A stretch of 64,000 bases of DNA from Bacteroidota bacterium (GTDB lineage Bacteria; Bacteroidota; Bacteroidia; Bacteroidales; B39-G9): NCBI GenBank assembly GCA_015222055.1, contig JADFUR010000066.1, forward strand, positions 7,933 through 71,932, given 5' to 3'. How positions within the stretch are numbered: the stretch's first letter is position 1; each line of letters begins with the position of its first letter. A program made the translations under genes and the position numbers. The notes under the pieces were generated by a model that had not been told where the DNA came from, did not search any database, and saw nothing but the letters and a program-made list of their open reading frames with translations. This document shows positions 49,446 to 59,536 of the stretch, piece after piece.

Positions 49446-51779
49446 TTATTGTTTAATAATTCTGTAGGAAATGAACTTTTCTTTATCTAAAAGTTTTAGT
49501 ATATAAATTCCTTTAGGAATATCAGAAAAATTCATAGTAATGTTCTTAAATTTATTAACATTTATGCTTTTCAATAGTCGTCCCATAATATTATATAACT
49601 GAACTTTTTCCGGTTGCCATTCATCAGACAATTCAATATTTACCTGATTATTAACTGGATTTGGATAAATGTTTATTCTTAGTTTATGAATATCTTCAAT
49701 ATTAGAATTATCAACTAAAAAATTTATTGTAATATTTTCTGACCTACAGCTAAAGGAATTTATTGCATAAGCGTTTTTCATTTCACCCTCATTAACAACA
49801 ATATATGTTGTGTCATCTATAATATTACCATATTCAAAAAAGTATGTAACATCCTGATAATTAGAACTTAAAATTAAAGCAACCGAGTCCCCTTTTGTTA
49901 CAATAGTATCAGAAAAATTTGAATAAATATAAACTGAATCTGGATTAATCAATTCAATAGTATCGCATACTTGAGTACCTAATGCATCTGTAATTTGAAT
50001 GCTATAAAAACCTGCAGAAAGCTCACTTCTGATAATTAGATTAGTATCATTTTCCCAAAGATATTCATATGGATAAATACCACCAAAAACTTTTATTTTT
50101 ATTTCTCCATCTTCATCATTATGACAAAAAATATCTTTATTTACAAATATTCTTGAAAATAATGCATCTATAGGATAGCTTTCATTTAATTGTGTATAAT
50201 CAACATTGTCTTCAATATATTCCTTATAAGTACTTACAGCAAAATAACAACTATCACATAATTCACCTGAATATGTATAACTCAAATCATTTTCTACATT
50301 AATGTTCTCAATTAAGGAATCATTATTAACAATATAAAGTTTGTATCCTTCAATAGTTTCATTGAGTGATTTTTCCCAGCTTAAAATATAATTTTCATTA
50401 TTTTTTATTGCTTTTACTTTTAAAGGAGGGACAATTGTGATAGAATCAATTAATTGTGATAAATTATTTATATAATTTACTTTCCCATAATTAAAATTAT
50501 CGTAAAAATCAAAAATCATATCGTCAACGGATTGCCCTAAAGAAGAATACCAAAAATTGGAATCAATTTCAATATCAGCCTCCCCACGATACTCTATATT
50601 ACTGTTAATAAAATTATTATTACTGATATTTGTACTATCAAATTCTTCTATTGAAATTCCATAATATGAATTATTAATAAAAGTATTGTTTTTAATGTAT
50701 GTATTGGCTATTGTATATACACCATTATACTTATCAATATATAATCCATAACCATTACTTATGAATTGATTATTATATATTTCAGCTCTGCCACTTAAAT
50801 TTCCGTATATACCACAAGCGTTTTTTATAAAAATATTATTTTTAATTGTACCGTGATATTTATAACCACTGCTTTCTCCAAATTCTATTCCCTTATCACA
50901 TTTTATAAAAATATTATTTAAAACATTTCCATTTATATCATTAAAAGAAATATAAGAATTATAAAATGTATTTGATTCAATAGAAATATCATGTGATGAA
51001 TTAGATTCACTATGAAACATATAAATATATGAATTAACAAAATAATTGTTCTTTATCGATATATCATTATAATTTGGGAGACTATAAATTCTATAATTCT
51101 CAAATTTTGAGTTTTCAATTAGTATATTTCTTAAATTTTTAATTCTTAATTCATAATATTTACAATACTCCGTTATTTCATTCGTAAAAAATAAGCAATT
51201 ATCAATTAAAATTTTGCTGCTACTATATTGTATAAGATTATAAAAAAAATATTTGACATTTGTGATATTTGTGTTTTTAATCACAAGTGTATCTTTTAAA
51301 TTGCCATAAATCCCATTTTCACAAGCAAATAATTCGCAATAATTAAAGTATGAAGAGGAAGCAGTATCCAAGTTTATTAAATTTTCAGCATTAGATAATT
51401 TACAGTATTCAAATTTATTTCCTGACAAATAATTTAATTCCGAATCAAATTTAGTACTTGATTCTTCAAAAGAGAATCCTTGCCAAGAATATGTTATACT
51501 ATTCGATTCTCCCTTTATGATGATTGAATCATTTATTGTACCAATAGCATGAATTTCTCCCTTAATGTAAAAAAATTTGCTATTGCTTACAAATATTTCA
51601 ACACCTGGTTCTATTTCCAAAATAATATTATCTTCAACAAATATATTTTCAATAACCAAATATGGACTATTTTCTTTAGTCCAGATTGTATTTTCTGAAA
51701 TTATTCCTCCAACCTCTGTGTATTGTGCCCAAGAGTTAATATTTATAAAAATAAATAGAATAAATAATAATTTTTTCAT
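49446..51779 (-). CDS. T9SS-secreted protein: right-handed beta-helix, SprB-like repeat and type A CTD
   Basis: GGIISENTIWTKENSPY..IEPGVEI, NxFxxN repeats, CHNDEDGEI..GGIYPYEY, IYPNPV..KGIYILKL..RIIKQ. Confidence 0.85.
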   Translation of the reverse strand: MKKLLFILFIFININSWAQYTEVGGIISENTIWTKENSPYLVIENIFVEDNIILEIEPGVEIFVSNSKFFYIKGEIHAIGTINDSIIIKGESNSITYSWQGFSFEESSTKFDSELNYLSGNKFEYCKLSNAENLINLDTASSSYFNYCELFACENGIYGNLKDTLVIKNTNITNVKYFFYNLIQYSSSKILIDNCLFFTNEITEYCKYYELRIKNLRNILIENSKFENYRIYSLPNYNDISIKNNYFVNSYIYMFHSESNSSHDISIESNTFYNSYISFNDINGNVLNNIFIKCDKGIEFGESSGYKYHGTIKNNIFIKNACGIYGNLSGRAEIYNNQFISNGYGLYIDKYNGVYTIANTYIKNNTFINNSYYGISIEEFDSTNISNNNFINSNIEYRGEADIEIDSNFWYSSLGQSVDDMIFDFYDNFNYGKVNYINNLSQLIDSITIVPPLKVKAIKNNENYILSWEKSLNETIEGYKLYIVNNDSLIENINVENDLSYTYSGELCDSCYFAVSTYKEYIEDNVDYTQLNESYPIDALFSRIFVNKDIFCHNDEDGEIKIKVFGGIYPYEYLWENDTNLIIRSELSAGFYSIQITDALGTQVCDTIELINPDSVYIYSNFSDTIVTKGDSVALILSSNYQDVTYFFEYGNIIDDTTYIVVNEGEMKNAYAINSFSCRSENITINFLVDNSNIEDIHKLRINIYPNPVNNQVNIELSDEWQPEKVQLYNIMGRLLKSINVNKFKNITMNFSDIPKGIYILKLLDKEKFISYRIIKQ

Positions 51780-52007
51780 AATATTTTGACGTGTTTATTG
51801 TTAATTAGTAAAATGTAAAATTAATCAACAAACGACACAAAATCAAACAATTTTTATTGTTAGAATAATTAATACCAATATTTTATTATATATTCGCTAA
51901 AATTTTTACTAATTAAGTATAAAATAAACTTTCTTTGTAGAAACTCAATACCCAAAATCAAAAAACATTAATTTACTTAATAAAAGCAATTTATGGAATT
52001 CAAACAA

Positions 52008-55000
52008 ATGAAAAAATACAATCTTTATAACAATATTTTTGGCTGGGGAGCTTTTTTAATAGCAGCTATTGTTTATTTACTCACCATTGAACCTACAACA
52101 AGTTTCTGGGATTGTGGTGAATTTATTGCAACTTCGTTTAAATTAGAAGTAGGACATCCTCCCGGAGCTCCTTTATTCATGATAATAGCCCGTTTCTTTT
52201 CTCTATTTGCAAAAGATACTGCACATGTTGCAATTATGATAAATTCAATGTCTGCCTTAGCAAGTGCATTTACCATAATGTTTTTATTTTGGACTATAAC
52301 TCATCTTGCAAAAAGAATAATTATAAAAAACAATGAAATAACACCAGGCAATTTAATTGCTGTTTTAGGCAGTGGTTTAGTTGGTGCTTTAGCTTATACT
52401 TTTTCCGATTCTTTCTGGTTTTCAGCTGTTGAAGGGGAAGTCTATGCTTCTTCGTCATTGTTTACAGCAGTTGTTTTTTGGGCTATCTTAAAATGGGAAG
52501 ATGTAGCCGACGAAAAACATGCAAACCGTTGGATTATTTTAATTGCTTACCTTATGGGACTGTCAATTGGGGTGCACCTTCTTAACTTATTAGCAATTCC
52601 GGCATTAGTATTTATTTACTATTTCAAAAAATATGAAGTTACAAAAACAGGAATAGTAAAAACCATAATTCTTTCGATATTGATTCTTGGTGCAACAGTT
52701 TATGGAATAATACCGGGAGTAGTAAAACTTGCCTCTTATTTTGAACTTCTTTTTGTTAATGGTTTTGGAATGCCTTATAATTCTGGCGTTGTTTTTTATA
52801 TACTATTATTAATAAGCTTAATTGTTTGGAGCTTACATTACACCTTTAAACACAAAAAAGTTGTTTTAAACACCATTATTACAGCTTTTACTGTTATTTT
52901 AATTGGTTATTCTTCTTTTGCAATGATTATTATTCGTTCGGCAGCAGACTTACCAATGGATGAAAATAATCCCGAGAATGTATTTTCATTTTTATCCTAT
53001 CTTAATCGCGAACAATATGGCGACAGACCTTTAGTTAAAGGTCAATATTTTAATTCACCTTTAGACAAAGAAAAACCATACTCTGACAAAACGACTTATG
53101 TAAAAAAAAACAAAAAATATGTTTTAATAAAAATCGGACAATCATACAATTATGACAAGCGATTTACAACATTTTTCCCTCGTATGTTCAGCTCTCAAAA
53201 ACCCGAACATATTAAAACATATAAAGATTGGGCAAAAATAAAAGGAACACCAATAACAATTACAAACCGTCAAGGCGAACGAGAAACTATTAACAAACCT
53301 ACTTTTGGTGAAAATTTAAAATTCTTTTTCAAATACCAAGTAGGCTATATGTATTTCAGGTATTTTATGTGGAATTTTTCGGGACGTCAAAACGACATAC
53401 AAGGAAATGGTGACAATATTAATGGAAACTGGATAAGCGGTATTAATTTTATTGACAACGCAAGAATAGGGTCACAGGAAAATCTTCCGCAAAGCATGTT
53501 AAACAATAAAGCACGTAACAAATATTATATGCTTCCATTTTTATTAGGCTTAATAGGTTTCTTTTTTCAATATAAGAAAGATGGCAAAAATTTTTGGGTT
53601 GTTTCTTTACTTTTCATTTTAACAGGTATTGCAATTGTTGTATATCTTAATCAAGCTCCGCAACAACCACGCGAACGTGATTATGCCTATGCTGCATCTT
53701 TTTATGCTTTCGCTATTTGGATTGGCCTCGGAGTACTGGGTATTCACAACTTTTTGAGCAAAAAAACACCAGCCAAACTTAGTGCAATAGTTACAACTAT
53801 TTTATGTCTTGCCTTTGTTCCGGGACTTATGGCTAGCGAAAACTGGGACGACCACGACAGATCTAACAGATATACTGCCCGAGACTTTGCTTCAAACTAT
53901 TTGAATTCGTGCGAAAAAAATGCAATTATATTTACAAATGGCGATAACGACACTTTCCCATTATGGTATGCTCAGGAGGTTGAAGGAATTAGAACCGACA
54001 TAAGAGTTATTAACTTAAGTCTTTTACAAACAGACTGGTATATTGACCAAATGAAACGAAAGGCTTACGATTCTGAAGCCGTTCCCTTTTCTCTTACCTC
54101 CGACAAGTATATTCAAGGAACACGAGACATTGTATATGTTATTGAAAGAATAAAAAGCCATATTGATTTAAAAGAGGCTATTAATTTTGTTGCAGATGAC
54201 AATCCTAAAACAAAAATACCTCAAGCTCCTGACTTAGACTATTTTCCATCGAAAAAATTTAGTATTTCTGTTGATTCAGCAAAAGTTATTTCAAACGGAA
54301 CGGTAAATATAAAAGATGCCGATAAGATTGTTAAAACAATTAAATGGGACATAAAAAAAGACTACGTTCTAAAAAACAACTTAATGGTTTTAGACCTTTT
54401 GGCAAATAATGAATGGGAACGCCCAATTTATTTTGCAATTACTGTTGGTTCCGACAATTACTTACAACTGGAAGAATATTTCCAATTAGAAGGCTTAGCC
54501 TACAGACTGGTTCCTATAAAAACGAAAAGCAGAGATGGCCAAATAGGAAGAATTGCAACAGATATTATGTATAACAATATGATGAACAAATTCAAGTTTG
54601 GCGGCATTAACGATTCTACTGTTTATCTTGATGAGAACAATTTAAGAATGACCATGAATCTAAAAAGCAATTTTGCTCGTTTAGCAAATGCTCTTATAGA
54701 TGAAGGTAAAAAAGATTCTGCTGTTGCTGCTCTCGACAGATGTATGGAGTTGATGCCAGATAAATTAATCCCTTTCAATTATTTTAATGTTCTTGTTACT
54801 GATAGCTATTATAAAGCAGGAGAATATAAAAAGGCAAATAATATTGCAAAACGCTTATCAAAAATTTCACAAGATAACTTACAGTACTTTTTATCTTTAC
54901 CAAAAAAATATCAGATGTCTAATGATTTTGAGATAAGAAAAAACATTTCTGTATTGCAAGAATTGGCACGACTTTCAGGACTATACGACCAAAAGGAGCT

Positions 55001-55058
55001 AAACGCCAGTCTTGAAAAAGATTTTAGAATGTTGTTTACTAAATACTATTCAAAATAA
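52008..55058 (+). CDS. DUF2723 / TMEM260-like polytopic membrane glycosyltransferase
   Basis: SFWDCGEFI, VGHPPGAP, WFSAVEGEVYA, QPRERDYAY, FTNGDNDTFPLWY. Confidence 0.88.
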   Translation: MKKYNLYNNIFGWGAFLIAAIVYLLTIEPTTSFWDCGEFIATSFKLEVGHPPGAPLFMIIARFFSLFAKDTAHVAIMINSMSALASAFTIMFLFWTITHLAKRIIIKNNEITPGNLIAVLGSGLVGALAYTFSDSFWFSAVEGEVYASSSLFTAVVFWAILKWEDVADEKHANRWIILIAYLMGLSIGVHLLNLLAIPALVFIYYFKKYEVTKTGIVKTIILSILILGATVYGIIPGVVKLASYFELLFVNGFGMPYNSGVVFYILLLISLIVWSLHYTFKHKKVVLNTIITAFTVILIGYSSFAMIIIRSAADLPMDENNPENVFSFLSYLNREQYGDRPLVKGQYFNSPLDKEKPYSDKTTYVKKNKKYVLIKIGQSYNYDKRFTTFFPRMFSSQKPEHIKTYKDWAKIKGTPITITNRQGERETINKPTFGENLKFFFKYQVGYMYFRYFMWNFSGRQNDIQGNGDNINGNWISGINFIDNARIGSQENLPQSMLNNKARNKYYMLPFLLGLIGFFFQYKKDGKNFWVVSLLFILTGIAIVVYLNQAPQQPRERDYAYAASFYAFAIWIGLGVLGIHNFLSKKTPAKLSAIVTTILCLAFVPGLMASENWDDHDRSNRYTARDFASNYLNSCEKNAIIFTNGDNDTFPLWYAQEVEGIRTDIRVINLSLLQTDWYIDQMKRKAYDSEAVPFSLTSDKYIQGTRDIVYVIERIKSHIDLKEAINFVADDNPKTKIPQAPDLDYFPSKKFSISVDSAKVISNGTVNIKDADKIVKTIKWDIKKDYVLKNNLMVLDLLANNEWERPIYFAITVGSDNYLQLEEYFQLEGLAYRLVPIKTKSRDGQIGRIATDIMYNNMMNKFKFGGINDSTVYLDENNLRMTMNLKSNFARLANALIDEGKKDSAVAALDRCMELMPDKLIPFNYFNVLVTDSYYKAGEYKKANNIAKRLSKISQDNLQYFLSLPKKYQMSNDFEIRKNISVLQELARLSGLYDQKELNASLEKDFRMLFTKYYSK

Positions 55059-55083
55059 TTAAAAAACATTTAAACTACTGCAA

Positions 55084-56352
55084 ATGAATGTATTATTGTT
55101 AGGATCGGGAGGCAGGGAACATGCTCTTGCCTGGAAAATTTCTCAAAGCAATAAATTAAAAAAACTTTTTATTGCTCCGGGAAATGCCGGGACATCTACT
55201 ATTGGCAAAAATATTAATATTGATCCCTGCAATTTTGCATCTGTTAAACAAATTGCACTCGAAAAAAATATTAATCTAGTTGTTGTTGGCCCTGAAAACC
55301 CTTTAGTAAATGGTATACAAGACTTTTTTATTGAAGATGCTGAGCTAAAAAACATTCCGATAATTGGTCCGGGTAAAATTGGTGCACAACTTGAAGGAAG
55401 CAAAGAATTTGCAAAAAAGTTTATGTTAAGGCATAATATTCCAACAGCCAAATATTTAAGTGTGTCGTCAAAATCAATTGACGATGGTTTAAGCTTTTTA
55501 CAACAGCTTTCTCCCCCATATGTTCTAAAAGCTGACGGTTTAGCTGCCGGCAAAGGCGTACTGATACTAAACACCCTATCTGAGGCAAATCAGGCATTAA
55601 ACAAGATGTTAAATGGTCAGTTTGGGGAAGCAAGCAAGCGTGTTGTTATTGAAGAATTTTTATCCGGCATTGAAGTTTCTTTTTTTGCAATAACAGATGG
55701 CAACTCATACAAAATTTTGCCCGAAGCAAAAGATTACAAAAGAATTGGCGAAAACGAAACAGGACTCAATACCGGCGGAATGGGTGCAATTTCTCCTGTT
55801 GCTTTTGCAAACAAAGAATTTAAAGATAAGGTAGAAAAACAAATTATTATTCCTACAATAAAAGGATTAAAAAAAGATAAAATATACTACAAAGGATTTC
55901 TCTTTTTTGGTCTGATGAATGTTAACGGAAATCCTTTTGTTATTGAATACAATGTGAGATTAGGAGACCCTGAAACAGAGGCAATTACACCTCGCATTAA
56001 ATCAGATATTCTTGATCTTTTTGAAGGTGTTGCAAATAATACTCTTGAGAATAAAAATTTACAAATATCAGACGAAACAGTTAGCACTATTATGTTAGTG
56101 TCTGGAGGTTATCCCCAATCATACGAAAAAGGAAAAGAAATAAAAAATATTGATTCTGTTAAAGACAGTATTGTTTTTCATGCCGGAACAAAGACATCAA
56201 ATAATAAAATTGTTACAAACGGTGGAAGAGTATTAGCAATAAGTTCATATGGAAATAACATGAATAGTGCTTTATCTAAATCATACAAAAATGCCGAAAA
56301 AATTCTTTTTGACGGCAAATATTACAGAAAAGATATTGGTTTTGATTTATAA
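55084..56352 (+). CDS. purD: Phosphoribosylamine-glycine ligase
   Basis: GSGGREHAL, KADGLAAGKGV, NTGGMGA, EYNVRLGDPE. Confidence 0.98.
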   Translation: MNVLLLGSGGREHALAWKISQSNKLKKLFIAPGNAGTSTIGKNINIDPCNFASVKQIALEKNINLVVVGPENPLVNGIQDFFIEDAELKNIPIIGPGKIGAQLEGSKEFAKKFMLRHNIPTAKYLSVSSKSIDDGLSFLQQLSPPYVLKADGLAAGKGVLILNTLSEANQALNKMLNGQFGEASKRVVIEEFLSGIEVSFFAITDGNSYKILPEAKDYKRIGENETGLNTGGMGAISPVAFANKEFKDKVEKQIIIPTIKGLKKDKIYYKGFLFFGLMNVNGNPFVIEYNVRLGDPETEAITPRIKSDILDLFEGVANNTLENKNLQISDETVSTIMLVSGGYPQSYEKGKEIKNIDSVKDSIVFHAGTKTSNNKIVTNGGRVLAISSYGNNMNSALSKSYKNAEKILFDGKYYRKDIGFDL

Positions 56353-56372
56353 ATTTTAAAAAAATAGCAAAA

Positions 56373-57350
56373 ATGATACTTAGTGTATTAAAAAAACAAC
56401 ACCCTTATATAATTTTTTTTATTCCTTTAATAACTTTTATTGCATGGGGTAAAACAATTTTTTTTCACACTCAATCAAGTATTATATTTAAAACAATGCC
56501 TCTCTTTGATTTTGTAATAAAATTTATTCCTGAAAACTCTTACTTATCATTTATTATAGCAATTATATTAATTATTATTGAATCTTATATAATTATCAGA
56601 TTAAACTTTCAGTATATGTTCTTGTCTGTTAGAACATATTTACCGGCTGTTTTTTTTGTAATAATATGTAGCATTTATCTGCCCCTTCAAACCTTGCATC
56701 CAATTTTAATTGGCAATCTGTTCTTTATTTTAGCTTTCGATAAAGCATTAACAAGCAATAAACAATGCAATATATTTTCAAGCTACTTTATATCTGGATT
56801 TCTGCTATCTATTGGGAGCTTATTTTATTTTAATCTTATATTTTTCCTCCCCATTATTTGGATTAGTAAAATAATCTTGCGTGGATTTAATTTAAGAGAA
56901 TGGCTTGTTTCAATTATAGGATTAATTACACCTTATTTCTTCTTATTCTTTTATTACTTTTATTTTGACAAAATTGATTTATTAATTCAAATATTATCTG
57001 AAAACATCTTTTTTAAAAACAGCATACCAACATTTAATATCAGTTATTTAATATTATTTTCATTTTTTTGTATATTAATAATTATATCTTCATTTTATTT
57101 ATTATCCACGGTTAATACAAAAAAAATTATTACCCGTAAATATTTCAAAATATTATTCTGGTTGTTTGTACTTTCTTCAACACTATTTATTTTAGTTCCT
57201 TCGGTATCTATTGAATCTATAATAATTTTAGCCATTCCTTTATCTTTACTTATTGCGAATTACTTTGCATCAATAAGGTCAAAATGGTGGGGCGAAAGTT
57301 TATTTACAATCCTGATTTTATTAATTACTTATGTGATAATTGTTAATTAA
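56373..57350 (+). CDS. Conserved polytopic membrane protein (DUF6427-like)
   Basis: About 9 hydrophobic segments, RTYLP and LREWLVSIIGLITPY, downstream of purD. Confidence 0.65.
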   Translation: MILSVLKKQHPYIIFFIPLITFIAWGKTIFFHTQSSIIFKTMPLFDFVIKFIPENSYLSFIIAIILIIIESYIIIRLNFQYMFLSVRTYLPAVFFVIICSIYLPLQTLHPILIGNLFFILAFDKALTSNKQCNIFSSYFISGFLLSIGSLFYFNLIFFLPIIWISKIILRGFNLREWLVSIIGLITPYFFLFFYYFYFDKIDLLIQILSENIFFKNSIPTFNISYLILFSFFCILIIISSFYLLSTVNTKKIITRKYFKILFWLFVLSSTLFILVPSVSIESIIILAIPLSLLIANYFASIRSKWWGESLFTILILLITYVIIVN

Positions 57351-57581
57351 CAACACACTTGATTTATAAAAATGCATCTTTTCATTAAGGTTTTTTATTC
57401 CTATTTTATTGATAAACTTGCTTTGTGGACTACTAATTATTAAAAAAACAAAAATAAGCTCTAAAAAATGCGTTCAGATCTTTCTAATAATAAGGCAACT
57501 AAAAAATAATTAGTTTTTTCTTTCAATTTTGTTTTGAAAAATAATTTTTTTATTTACTTTTGCGTTGCCAAACCGTAATGG

Positions 57582-57654
57582 GGTGCCATAGCTCAGTTGG
57601 TAGAGCAATGGACTGAAAATCCATGTGTCCTTGGTTCAATTCCAAGTGGCACCA
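57582..57654 (+). tRNA. tRNA-Phe (GAA)
   Basis: GGTGCCA/TGGCACC acceptor stem, TAGCTCAGTTGGTAGAGC D-arm, CTGAAAA anticodon loop; -7 element at 57555-57562. Confidence 0.96.
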
Positions 57655-57657
57655 CAT

Positions 57658-57696
57658 AAAAAAAGATTGAAGAAAAATTTCTTCAATCTTTTTTTA
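57658..57696 (+). terminator. Terminator after tRNA-Phe
   Basis: AAAGATTGAAGAAA-aa-TTTCTTCAATCTTT followed by a T-run. Confidence 0.8.
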
Positions 57697-57724
57697 TGCA
57701 CTTAATCTAAACAAAAAAAAATTT

Positions 57725-57895
57725 AAAGTCCAAACTTGACTGTACAAAATTGCTGTATGATTATCAATTATATCATGTAGTGCTTATTGAAGTTGTGTTC
57801 CGGGTTTTACACTTACATCATCATAATATCGTGTAGGTATTTGTAAAAATAATAATTTCGCAGATAATAAAAACCAAACAATAATAAATAAATAA
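57725..57895 (-). pseudogene. N-terminal remnant of a secreted endonuclease-I-family gene
   Basis: LFIIVWFLLSAKLLFLQIPTRYYDDVSVKPGTQLQ*ALHDIIDNHTAILYSQVWT, with an internal stop at 57784-57786. Confidence 0.6.
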
Positions 57896-57921
57896 AATAC
57901 ACCTTAAAAAACAATACAAAA

Positions 57922-57961
57922 AAAATGGGGCTGTTCAAAAATTTTTGAACAGCCCCATTTT
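57922..57961 (-). terminator. Terminator of the aminopeptidase P gene
   Basis: AAAATGGGGCTGTTCAAAA-at-TTTTGAACAGCCCCATTTT long palindrome. Confidence 0.8.
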
Positions 57962-57977
57962 ATTCCAATAAAAAAAA

Positions 57978-59366
57978 TTATATACTTGCAGCTTCTTCAA
58001 CTTCCTTAACTGTTTTAGGAATTGGTTTACCAAGCACACGACAGGCATCTTTTGTAACAAGCAAATCATCTTCTAGACGAACACCTCCAAAATCTTTATA
58101 TGTTTCTAATTTATCGTAATTAATAAACTGAGTGAATTTCTTCTCTGCTTTCCATTTATCAATTAACTCAGGAATAAAATAAATTCCCGGTTCATCAGAC
58201 ATCAGGAATCCTGTTTGTAATTTTCTACCAAGTCTTAATCCTGACAATCCAAACTGAGTGCTTCTTTTAATTTCTTCGTCGTAACCAACGAAATCTTCAC
58301 CAAGACTTTCCATATCGTGGCAATCAAGTCCCATCATATGACCTAATCCATGAGGACAGAAAATTGCATGAGCACCTGCAGCAACAGCTTCGTCAATATC
58401 ACCTTTCATAATTCCAAGTTGTGACAAGCCATTGGCAATAACTTTCATTGCTTCAAGATGAACATCGCGATAAAAAATTTCCGGTTTAGCAATATCAATA
58501 ACTTTCATATTTGCTGCTAAAACAATTTCATAAATTTCTTTTTGTCGTTGGTTAAATTTCCCTCCAACAGGAGTTGTTCTGGTAATATCTGTAGCATATC
58601 TCATAGGAGATTCTGCACCGGCATCACAAAGTAACATTCTGCCAACTTCTAATACATTTTCATGATAAGGGTTGTGCAAAGTTTGTCCGTTAACAGAAAC
58701 AATTGGTGGAAACGACATTAAACCGCCATGAGCAAGACCAATACCTTCAATTGCTCCGGCAATCTCTTGTTCAACAACTCCTGGTTTTGCCATTTTCATT
58801 GCAGTAACATGCATCTCATAAGCTACGTCTTCAAATTTTTCCAAGTCTTCAATTTCGCAAGCTTCTTTTATTGAGCGCAAACTAACAACTGCTTTAATAA
58901 GTTCTGTTGATACATAATTTGCGGTTTGCGAAGGATGAATTCCCAACAAATGTTCGAGTAATATAACATTCTCTCCTCTGTATTGAGGCAAGAAGTGAAT
59001 TTTACGACCTTTTTGGATAGCAACATTTAAAAAATTGAACAATTTTGAAAAAGATTCGGAATTTTTTACTCCAATTTCATTTGCTCTTTCTTTAATACTT
59101 TTTTGTGGTCCCATCCATATAATATCATCAATATCAACATCATCACCAAAAAGATAGTCTTCATTATTATCAATATCAAGAACTCCTGCAAGATTTTCAA
59201 AATTCAAACCAAAAAAATAAAGGAAAGAACTGTCTTGACGAAAATGCAAATGGTTTGCAAATGTATTTTGTGTAGAAGGTGGATTTCCTAATATTAATAT
59301 TAATCCGCTCTGTACTTTTTCTCTAAGTCTGTTTCTTCTATTCGTATAAATTGCCTTATCAAACAT
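57978..59366 (-). CDS. pepP: Xaa-Pro aminopeptidase (aminopeptidase P, M24B)
   Basis: FRQDSSFLY, DAGAE, TDITRT, HGLGHMMGLDCHD, EPGIYF, GVRLEDD. Confidence 0.92.
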   Translation of the reverse strand: MFDKAIYTNRRNRLREKVQSGLILILGNPPSTQNTFANHLHFRQDSSFLYFFGLNFENLAGVLDIDNNEDYLFGDDVDIDDIIWMGPQKSIKERANEIGVKNSESFSKLFNFLNVAIQKGRKIHFLPQYRGENVILLEHLLGIHPSQTANYVSTELIKAVVSLRSIKEACEIEDLEKFEDVAYEMHVTAMKMAKPGVVEQEIAGAIEGIGLAHGGLMSFPPIVSVNGQTLHNPYHENVLEVGRMLLCDAGAESPMRYATDITRTTPVGGKFNQRQKEIYEIVLAANMKVIDIAKPEIFYRDVHLEAMKVIANGLSQLGIMKGDIDEAVAAGAHAIFCPHGLGHMMGLDCHDMESLGEDFVGYDEEIKRSTQFGLSGLRLGRKLQTGFLMSDEPGIYFIPELIDKWKAEKKFTQFINYDKLETYKDFGGVRLEDDLLVTKDACRVLGKPIPKTVKEVEEAASI

Positions 59367-59536
59367 AATTTTAAATTTAAATTAAAAGTTTCCTAAATTA
59401 CTACTAAAAATTTTATTATCAAACGGCATCTTAAAAATTTTGTTTTTCATAAGCAAATTCACCTGCGAATAGTTTTGTTGTTTTTAGAATTTTTCATATA
59501 TTCGCATTTTATCAACAAATTGTTAACAACCTAGTT

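Noticed and set aside
48362-57654. Prophage or integrative element at tRNA-Gln or tRNA-Phe
   Set aside because: No integrase, no duplicated tRNA 3' end and no phage genes.
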